Assembly: GCA_003164715.1 (NCBI GenBank)
Contig: PLTZ01000026.1
Span: 712 to 64,711 of the forward strand
Direction of reading: 5' to 3'
DNA: 64,000 bases
Source: Opitutaceae bacterium
GTDB lineage: Bacteria > Verrucomicrobiota > Verrucomicrobiia > Opitutales > Opitutaceae
Part shown: positions 45,297-52,173 of the stretch, in pieces
Position numbering within the stretch: the first letter of the stretch is position 1
How the letters are laid out: the number at the start of each line of letters is the position of its first letter
Notes under the pieces: model-generated
What the model was told of the DNA's origin: nothing
Database searches by the model: none
What the model saw: only the letters and a program-made list of their open reading frames with translations
Translations under genes and position numbers: made by a program

Positions 45297-45358
45297 TCCG
45301 GTAGCGCCTGCGCGCGGCCCGCGGATTCCCGCAGCGGGGCCATCCGGTTCGGAATCTG

Positions 45359-46498
45359 TCAAGGCTGCCGTCCGGCAACCGCGGATTCGCCCGGACCCAG
45401 CAGGCGGGAGAACGATCCCATGGCCTCGGCGAATTCGGCGGGAGCAAAATCGGGCTGCGATTGCGCCAGCTCGAACAGGCGGTCGAGCTGACTGGATACG
45501 CCGGCGCCCCGCTCGGCGGGTGGAAGCGCGCCGACCAGCCGGTCCAGTGCCAGGACCAGACGCTCGGCCCGGTAAGCCTGCTGCAGGGCCGGAATCCCTG
45601 CGTCAAGGAAGTCCCCCTGGGTGGCGGATAGGCGGCGCAGCGCGGTCCAGGTGTCCCGCGGTGTCCAAGCGCGCGCCGCGCGCCTGGCGAGCTGGTCGGC
45701 TGTAGCCATCGTTTCAACGAGCTCGTTGCGCGAAGGGGCGGCCGCGTCGTGTGGAGCGCTGGCGCTTGTCAAGCCACTCCGGTTCGCGAGCCAAGCCAAG
45801 CCTTGCCAAGTCAGCACGGCCCGATCCGAGGCGGCCGAGCCATTGAGCAGGGACCAGCTGGCCTCACGCAACGCCACGGATTGCCCGACACACCACGCCT
45901 GTGCGCCCGCGAAGGGGGGAATTTCCCGCCAGTGCCGGGGCTCGTCCTGGGTCTGGCCGTCGAGCTCGAATACCAAGGTCGGGTGGCGGCCCGAGCGGAC
46001 GATCTCGGGATCAATGTTTTGGTGGCATGCCACACAGGTGTTCGCCCGGGTGTAAAGGTCGTTCAGGTCGCGCATCCCAGCCGCAACCCGGTCGGCATGG
46101 GTCCAGTCGGGGCGGGTGTGCCCCCGGAGCCAGCCGTCGGGCAGCGCGTGGCAGCTGACGCACGACACCCCCTCGGCCGGGTCCGCCCCGGTCCCCGGAG
46201 GCGCGCCGGCCAGGGGTGCGTGGCAGACAACGCAACGCGAGCTTTGCTCGGGGTGGGGGATTCCGAGCGCCTCGCCCATTCGCGCGGCGCGGGCGGTGGC
46301 CAGGGTGGCATAGGAGCGGGAGTGCACATCCCGCTGCGACCAGGTGACAAACTGGCTGCTCTTGTCTCCCGCCCCCCCGTGACAGCTGCTCGCTGAACAG
46401 GAATTCGCCCCCAGGGAAACGGCCTCCGCAGCCCGGACCCTCAAAAGGAGGGCAACACCCAAGGCGAAAATCAATCGATTCTTGTTGGCCGATTTCAT
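45359..46498 (-). CDS. Secreted multiheme c-type cytochrome (cytochrome c554-like N-terminal domain)
   Basis: Signal peptide MKSANKNRLIFALGVALLLRVRAAEA. It has three canonical CXXCH motifs (CVVCH, CVSCH, CVACH) plus an N-terminal CSASSCH (CX4CH-type). The C-terminal ~200 aa are heme-free and helical. Confidence 0.8.
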   Translation of the reverse strand: MKSANKNRLIFALGVALLLRVRAAEAVSLGANSCSASSCHGGAGDKSSQFVTWSQRDVHSRSYATLATARAARMGEALGIPHPEQSSRCVVCHAPLAGAPPGTGADPAEGVSCVSCHALPDGWLRGHTRPDWTHADRVAAGMRDLNDLYTRANTCVACHQNIDPEIVRSGRHPTLVFELDGQTQDEPRHWREIPPFAGAQAWCVGQSVALREASWSLLNGSAASDRAVLTWQGLAWLANRSGLTSASAPHDAAAPSRNELVETMATADQLARRAARAWTPRDTWTALRRLSATQGDFLDAGIPALQQAYRAERLVLALDRLVGALPPAERGAGVSSQLDRLFELAQSQPDFAPAEFAEAMGSFSRLLGPGESAVAGRQP

Positions 46499-46537
46499 GA
46501 TTATTCGTTTGGCGCCGGTGATGACGGTCGTCTAGCA

Positions 46538-47902
46538 ATGGTCCGCAAGGTCAGCTCTTCCAGCAGCAAATTGCATGGATTGGGTCCGACCGGGCAACTC
46601 TACAACGAAATGCTAGCGAAAATATTGGATGCGATCGCAGCGCATCCGGCGCTGTACGTCGGGTTGCTGACCGTCTTTTGCTTGGTCCTGCAGGTTTTCC
46701 TCCTGGGCGCGCAGGGCGTCGGCCGGATGCTCGACGATCGCAAGCGGGCCGTACTCGAGCGCCGCCGCCTGGAATTGGAGATCGAGAAGGCCCGCCTGCA
46801 CATCAAGGCGGCGGAGGAGGCCAAGCAGGCGTGGAATGGGGTCCGCAAATTCGCGGTCGCCCGGAAGATGCTGGAGTGCGCGGACACCTTCTCCTACTAC
46901 CTCGAGCCCCACGACCGTCGGCCGCTGCCGGCCTTCAAGCCGGGGCAGTACCTGACCTTCCATCTCAACGTCCCGGGTGCCAGCAAGCCGATCGTGCGGT
47001 GCTACTCGCTCTCCGACATGGCGCGGGCCACGCACTACCGGGTCACGATCAAGCGCTGCGCGGCCCCGGAGGGCTCGCCGCACCCGCCGGGCGTCGGGTC
47101 CTCCTTCTTCACCGACCAGGTCAAGGTGGGCGACATCCTGGATGTGAAGGCCCCCAGCGGCCATTTCTTCCTCGACATCGAGAAGGACCGGCAGGTCGTG
47201 CTCATCTCGGGCGGGGTGGGCGTCACCCCGATGATGGCCATGGCGCAGGCCCTGAAATACGCGGGCTCGACCCGCGAGATCTGGTTTTTCCACGGCGCCC
47301 GCAACACCAAGGACCACATGATGCGGGAGGAGATGGCCGCGCTGGCGGCCGACTACGAGCATCTCCGAATGCACATCTGCTATTCCAAGCCGCTCGAAAC
47401 CGACGTGATGGGACGGGATTACCAGCACGCCGGGCGGGTGACGGTGGAGCTGTTCAAGCAGCTCCTCCCCTCGAACAATTACGATTACTTCCTCTGCGGC
47501 CCCGGACCCTTTATGGAGACGATCACGGAGGACCTGCGCAAATGGGGCGTCCCGGACGCCTGGGTGCATTTCGAGGCCTTTGGCCCCGCCTCGGTCAAGC
47601 GCACGGCCAAGCCCGAGACCAAGGTGGGGGTAACGGTGCCTCCAATGGGCGGGATCGACGTCACCTTTGCGAAATCCGGCCGCACCCTCACGTGGCAGGG
47701 TTCCGGCCTGTCGCTCCTGGACCTGGCCGACGAGAACCAGATCAAGATCGACGCGGGCTGCCGCGCGGGAAACTGCGGCTCCTGCCTCGTGGCCATTAAA
47801 TCGGGCACGGTGGAGTATCTCGGGGCGCACGCCGACGTCGAGGACGGATCCTGCCTGGCCTGCGTCTGCCGACCCGCCTCCGCACTCGTCATTGACGCAT
47901 AA
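46538..47902 (+). CDS. Membrane-anchored FNR-type flavoprotein reductase with C-terminal plant-type 2Fe-2S ferredoxin domain
   Basis: N-terminal TM helix (ALYVGLLTVFCLVLQVFLLGA) followed by a coiled coil. It has the FAD motif RCYSLS, the NAD(P)H motif LISGGVGVTPMM, and CGPGPFM. The 2Fe-2S motif is CRAGNCGSC (CX4CX2C) plus a distal CLAC. An alternative start at 46610 (MLAKIL) is possible. Confidence 0.8.
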   Translation: MVRKVSSSSSKLHGLGPTGQLYNEMLAKILDAIAAHPALYVGLLTVFCLVLQVFLLGAQGVGRMLDDRKRAVLERRRLELEIEKARLHIKAAEEAKQAWNGVRKFAVARKMLECADTFSYYLEPHDRRPLPAFKPGQYLTFHLNVPGASKPIVRCYSLSDMARATHYRVTIKRCAAPEGSPHPPGVGSSFFTDQVKVGDILDVKAPSGHFFLDIEKDRQVVLISGGVGVTPMMAMAQALKYAGSTREIWFFHGARNTKDHMMREEMAALAADYEHLRMHICYSKPLETDVMGRDYQHAGRVTVELFKQLLPSNNYDYFLCGPGPFMETITEDLRKWGVPDAWVHFEAFGPASVKRTAKPETKVGVTVPPMGGIDVTFAKSGRTLTWQGSGLSLLDLADENQIKIDAGCRAGNCGSCLVAIKSGTVEYLGAHADVEDGSCLACVCRPASALVIDA

Positions 47903-49626
47903 TGAGCAAATCGAATGCAGGCCTGAACCGGCCCAAGCGCTGGGATTTCGCGTTCAGCGATGAGATGTCCGACCAATTGGTGGACCGCATCATGCAGATG
48001 GCACCCTTCAGGGACATGGACCCGGAGGGCTTCCCCCGCTCGGCCCAGCTGCCGGACATCCTGAAGAACGATGCGCGCCTGCGGGTCTTCGAGCCCGGCG
48101 AGATTGTCGTCCGGCAGGGGGACTACGGCAACAGCGCCTTCATGGTCTTGACCGGGTCGGCGGAGGTCGTGCTCAGCCCCGGCCTGCCGCCCCGGCTGGA
48201 GGGCCGCAGCGAGCCCAAGCGGAAGCGATGGCTTCACCTGCTGGGCCAGTTTATCGGTAACTCGCGCGAGGACGAGGTGGTCCGGACCTCTTCCGCGCGG
48301 CCGGCCGGCGTGGCGCCGTCGGCCCAGGGGACGGCGCGGGGCGTGATCCTCCAGGACGTTCCGCGGGTCCTGAGCGGGCAGCGCACCGCGACGATCCGGG
48401 AGAGGGATTTTTTCGGGGAGATCGCCGCGCTCTCGCGGCTGCCCCGGACCGCGACCATCTTGGCCGGGGTCCAGGGGGCGGAGATGCTCGAGCTCCGCTG
48501 GCAGGGGCTGCGCGACCTGATGCGAAACGCTCCGCAGCTGCGGCGGTTCATCGACGGGATCTACCGCGAGCGGGCCCTGTCCACGTTCCTGGACGCGTTG
48601 CCCTTCATCAAGTACCTGAGCCCTGAGGCCAAGCAGGAGCTTATGGACGCCACCCAGTTCGAGACCTATGGGGAATACGACTGGTCCGGCGACTACAAGC
48701 AGCTGATCAAGAAGGGTGCCTCCGCAGCCCAGGAACCGACCATCGCGGTCGAGGGCGACTATCCCAACAGCGTCGTCATTGTCCGCGCCGGGTTCGGTCG
48801 CCTGACCCAGCGCTACGGCAACAGCCACCGCACCCTCAACTATCTCGGCTCTGGCAAGATGTACGGCTTCGACGAGATCGCCCACAACTGGCGCGAGCCG
48901 AACCACCACGTGCCGCTGCAGTACACCCTGAGGGTGATCGGCTACACCCACGTCGTAGTGATCCCGGCCGCGGTGGTCGAGCGACTGGTGCTGCCCGTCC
49001 TCCCCAAGTCGTCGCTGCCGCCCCTCATCCCCCAGGACCGGCGGACCCGGCCGCGGTTCGAGCCCGCCGCCGGCGACGCCGCCGGGCCCAGGATCCCGCA
49101 GGACGTGATGGAATTCGTCACCCAGGGCCGGTTCTTCAACGGCACGAAGACGATGGTGATCGACCTGGACCGCTGCACGCGGTGCGACGACTGCGTTCGG
49201 GCCTGCGCCGATACGCACGACAACAACCCTCGCTTCCTCCGGTATGGCCCCATCCATGACAACCTGATGATCGCCGAGGCGTGCATGCACTGCGCCGACC
49301 CGGTGTGCATGATCGGTTGCCCCACGGGCGCGATTCACCGGGATACCTTTGCCGGGAGCGTGGTGGTGAACGCCGACACGTGCATCGGCTGCTCCGCCTG
49401 CGCCAACAACTGCCCCTACAAGGCAATCCGGATGGTGGAGGCCCGCGACGCGGACGGGGAGATCCTCGTGGCCAGCGACTCGAATCCCATCCACAAGGCC
49501 ACCAAGTGCGATCTCTGCGTCGACCAGTTCGGCGGTCCGGCCTGCGAGCGCGCCTGTCCTCACGACGCCCTCACGCGGATCAACCTCAACACCACGCACG
49601 AACTGGCCCGGTGGCTGCAGCGATGA
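47902..49626 (+). CDS. Cyclic-nucleotide-binding-domain protein fused to a DmsB/HybA-like four-cluster 4Fe-4S ferredoxin domain (cytoplasmic)
   Basis: The first cNMP domain is FEPGEIVVRQGDYGNSAFMVLTGSAEV...FFGEIAALSRLPRTATILA. A second degenerate cNMP-like domain follows. Four Cys motifs are present: CTRCDDCVRAC, CMHCADPVCMIGCP, CIGCSACANNCP and CDLCVDQFGGPACERACP. There is no signal or TAT peptide. The start overlaps the upstream stop (TAATG). Confidence 0.8.
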   Translation: MSKSNAGLNRPKRWDFAFSDEMSDQLVDRIMQMAPFRDMDPEGFPRSAQLPDILKNDARLRVFEPGEIVVRQGDYGNSAFMVLTGSAEVVLSPGLPPRLEGRSEPKRKRWLHLLGQFIGNSREDEVVRTSSARPAGVAPSAQGTARGVILQDVPRVLSGQRTATIRERDFFGEIAALSRLPRTATILAGVQGAEMLELRWQGLRDLMRNAPQLRRFIDGIYRERALSTFLDALPFIKYLSPEAKQELMDATQFETYGEYDWSGDYKQLIKKGASAAQEPTIAVEGDYPNSVVIVRAGFGRLTQRYGNSHRTLNYLGSGKMYGFDEIAHNWREPNHHVPLQYTLRVIGYTHVVVIPAAVVERLVLPVLPKSSLPPLIPQDRRTRPRFEPAAGDAAGPRIPQDVMEFVTQGRFFNGTKTMVIDLDRCTRCDDCVRACADTHDNNPRFLRYGPIHDNLMIAEACMHCADPVCMIGCPTGAIHRDTFAGSVVVNADTCIGCSACANNCPYKAIRMVEARDADGEILVASDSNPIHKATKCDLCVDQFGGPACERACPHDALTRINLNTTHELARWLQR

Positions 49627-50450
49627 GGGTGCGCCGGCTCTTGAACCGCCTTTCCTACCCGGTCTGCTTCCTCATGGCCGGCGCCGCGGCGCTTTGGGAG
49701 TTCCCGCGGGCGCGGACGGCCTATCCGCGGCTGGACTACTTGACCGGCTGGTTGCTGATGGCGGCGGTGCTCTTTCTCACCGCCTATAACGGCAGGAAGA
49801 AGATTGCCTTCCTGCCCCTCGCCAGCTCGCGGGCCTGGCTGCGCGTCCATGCGTGGCTCGGCATGCTGACCGGCCTCGTTTTTTTCCTCCACACCCGCTG
49901 GCGGGCGCCCTCCAGCCCCTTCGAGCTCGCCCTGGCCGCCCTATTTGTCGCCGTGACCCTGAGCGGGCTGGTCGGCTGGGGGCTCTCGCGCATCCTGCCG
50001 GGACGCCTCACCACCGCCGGCGGCGAGGTGCCCTACGAGAGGATTCCCGTGATCCGGCGTGCGCTGCGGGAAAGGGCCCAGGAGCTGGTCCTCGAGGTCG
50101 TGCCGACGGCGGGGACCACGACCCTGGCGGATTTCTACGCCGCCCGGCTCAGTCCGTTCTTTTCCGGCCCGAAGGGCTTCGCCTCGCACCTGTTCGGCTC
50201 GGCCCGGACCCTCAAGGGTCTCTTGACCGACATCGACCAGGTGAAGATGCACCTCGGCGACCACGAGAAGTCGGCCGCCATCGAGCTGGCCGCCCTCGTC
50301 CGTGAGAAGGACGCACTCGACCTGCACCGCTCGGTCCAGCTGGTCCTGAAGGGCTGGCTCTTCGTGCACATACCGTTGACCTACGGGTTGCTCGCCTTCG
50401 TTGCAGTCCACGTGGTGCTGGTCTACTCGTTTGCCGGGGGGGCGCGATGA
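49623..50450 (+). CDS. Polytopic membrane protein with conserved-looking His in TM helices (possible b-heme/ferric-reductase-like transmembrane electron carrier)
   Basis: ORF 49281..50450 trimmed to the ATG at 49623, which overlaps the upstream stop (ATGA). It has about 5 TM helices. Histidines lie inside or next to helices: WLRVHAWLGMLTGLVFFLHTRW, WLFVHIPLTYGLLAFVAVHVV. The function is inferred, not recognised. Confidence 0.55.
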   Translation: MRVRRLLNRLSYPVCFLMAGAAALWEFPRARTAYPRLDYLTGWLLMAAVLFLTAYNGRKKIAFLPLASSRAWLRVHAWLGMLTGLVFFLHTRWRAPSSPFELALAALFVAVTLSGLVGWGLSRILPGRLTTAGGEVPYERIPVIRRALRERAQELVLEVVPTAGTTTLADFYAARLSPFFSGPKGFASHLFGSARTLKGLLTDIDQVKMHLGDHEKSAAIELAALVREKDALDLHRSVQLVLKGWLFVHIPLTYGLLAFVAVHVVLVYSFAGGAR

Positions 50451-52156
50451 GCCAGGGCAAGGTTCCGTCCCCCCATTTCGACGATTCGCGCTATGAGCGG
50501 CCGAACAAGGGCTGGCTGTGCGGCCACACCTGCGAAGGCTGCCCCTGCCGGATCGGGCCGAGCCCGAAGGGCCAGTGCCGCGCGACGACCGAGTGCACGC
50601 CGCGGCTCGTCCTCAAGCCCGGGGAAACGAAGGGGACCTGGGCCTGTACCCGGCAGGCGGACTGGGGCGGGCCCTGCGAGCCGGGCCCGTTGCCGGACGG
50701 GCAATGCTGCCGTCAGATTGAGCGGTGCCGGCCCGTGCGCAGCCTGCGCAAGCGCCGGGGCCTCGTGGTCGCGGCGGTCCTGGCCGTCTGCCTGGGCATC
50801 CTCATGATCGGGCTCTCCTGGCCGCTGCGGGCCTCCTTCATCAGCCCCCGCCCGCTGTCCGAGCACCATTCCGGGGCCGCTTTCGCGCGCATAGGCAAAA
50901 ACCCCGCCGACCAGGGCTGCGCGCATTGTCACGGCAACGCCAATGCCAGGTTCGGCGAGCTGGTCTTCGCGGCGGTGGCGGCTTCCCGGACCTCCCTCCG
51001 GTTCTCCGAGCTACCCTCCGGCCATCCCACGGACTTCTCCGCGATGGACCGGTCCTGCCTCGCCTGCCACGCGGCCAAGTCGTTCCACCATGCCAATGTG
51101 GCGGCGAACGACTCCTGTTCAATCTGCCACCGCGAGCACCAGGGCGGCGGCCCGATGGCGGCGGTCACGCCCGCCAACTGCGTCGGGTGCCACGGCGACG
51201 CGGTGCAGATGGCCGCCGCCCGGGAAAAGGGGCGACTCCTGCCCGCGGCGCTCCTGGCGCCGCGGTTGCCGCCCGGGGTGATCGTCCCGCCGGTTCCCCG
51301 GCCATCGACCGGCTACACCGAGGTCATCACCAGTTTCGCCGTCGACCACCCGGAATTCCGGGTGCTCCGCGACCATATTCCGGACCCGAATACCCTGCGG
51401 TTCAACCACCGGCTGCATCTGGGCGGCTCCGACATCCCGCTGGTGAACGGCCGGCCGCTCGACTGCGCCTTCTGCCACGCCCCGGATGCTTCCGGCGCGT
51501 TCAAGAAGCCCGTGCCCTTCGAGACGGCCTGCAGGGTCTGCCATGACCTCAGCTTCGACGAGCACAATCCCGGCCTCGTCCTGCCTCACGGGGACCCGGC
51601 CATCGTGCGCGCCTTCCTGCGGAGCTTGCCCGTGCAGTACGCCGATTACGCGAACCGAAGGCTGGGCCTCGGCGGCAAGGACCAGATCGACGCCTTTGTC
51701 CGGTCCCAGGTGCGGTCCCTGCGGGAGCGGGCGCGCAGCGGTGAGGACCTCGAACAAGTGGTGTTCCTGAGCACGATGGCGAAGGGTCCGGTGCCAGGCA
51801 TCGCCGGTTCCGGAGTGGTCGGGCGGACCCGGTTCTCCGGCTGCGCGCTTTGCCACCAGGTCTCCTGGCGGGGAGGCGCGGCGGTTCCGATCGTGGCGGC
51901 GCCCCGGCCGCCGGACCGGTGGCTACCCGGAGCCCGTTTCAGCCATGCCTTCCATGAATCGGTCGCCTGTGCGGATTGCCACGCCGCGGCGAAGAGCGAG
52001 CGAACCTCCGACGTGCTGATTCCGACGCAGCAGAGCTGCGTCCGCTGCCACAGCCCCAATGGCGGGGTCGCAGATTCCTGCACGACCTGCCATACGTTCC
52101 ATAACCCGCCGCCCGCGTCTCCGGCCGCCAGGACGCTCGCGACCTCGCAGCCTTGA
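50447..52156 (+). CDS. Membrane-anchored decaheme c-type cytochrome with Cys-rich N-terminal (cytoplasmic-side) domain
   Basis: It has ten CXXCH motifs: CAHCH, CLACH, CSICH, CVGCH, CAFCH, CRVCH, CALCH, CADCH, CVRCH, CTTCH. The N-terminal ~100 aa contain 11 Cys (WLCGHTCEGCPC...QCCRQIERC) ahead of RKRRG and one TM helix (LVVAAVLAVCLGILMIGLSW). The start overlaps the upstream stop (ATGA). Confidence 0.85.
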   Translation: MSQGKVPSPHFDDSRYERPNKGWLCGHTCEGCPCRIGPSPKGQCRATTECTPRLVLKPGETKGTWACTRQADWGGPCEPGPLPDGQCCRQIERCRPVRSLRKRRGLVVAAVLAVCLGILMIGLSWPLRASFISPRPLSEHHSGAAFARIGKNPADQGCAHCHGNANARFGELVFAAVAASRTSLRFSELPSGHPTDFSAMDRSCLACHAAKSFHHANVAANDSCSICHREHQGGGPMAAVTPANCVGCHGDAVQMAAAREKGRLLPAALLAPRLPPGVIVPPVPRPSTGYTEVITSFAVDHPEFRVLRDHIPDPNTLRFNHRLHLGGSDIPLVNGRPLDCAFCHAPDASGAFKKPVPFETACRVCHDLSFDEHNPGLVLPHGDPAIVRAFLRSLPVQYADYANRRLGLGGKDQIDAFVRSQVRSLRERARSGEDLEQVVFLSTMAKGPVPGIAGSGVVGRTRFSGCALCHQVSWRGGAAVPIVAAPRPPDRWLPGARFSHAFHESVACADCHAAAKSERTSDVLIPTQQSCVRCHSPNGGVADSCTTCHTFHNPPPASPAARTLATSQP

Positions 52157-52173
52157 AACGGGGCCTTGTCGCA

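Noticed and set aside
47485-49599. A 704 aa minus-strand ORF across the cNMP/4Fe-4S gene.
   Set aside because: It is antisense to a gene with clear cNMP-binding and four-cluster ferredoxin motifs. It has no motifs of its own and typical GC-driven open-frame composition.
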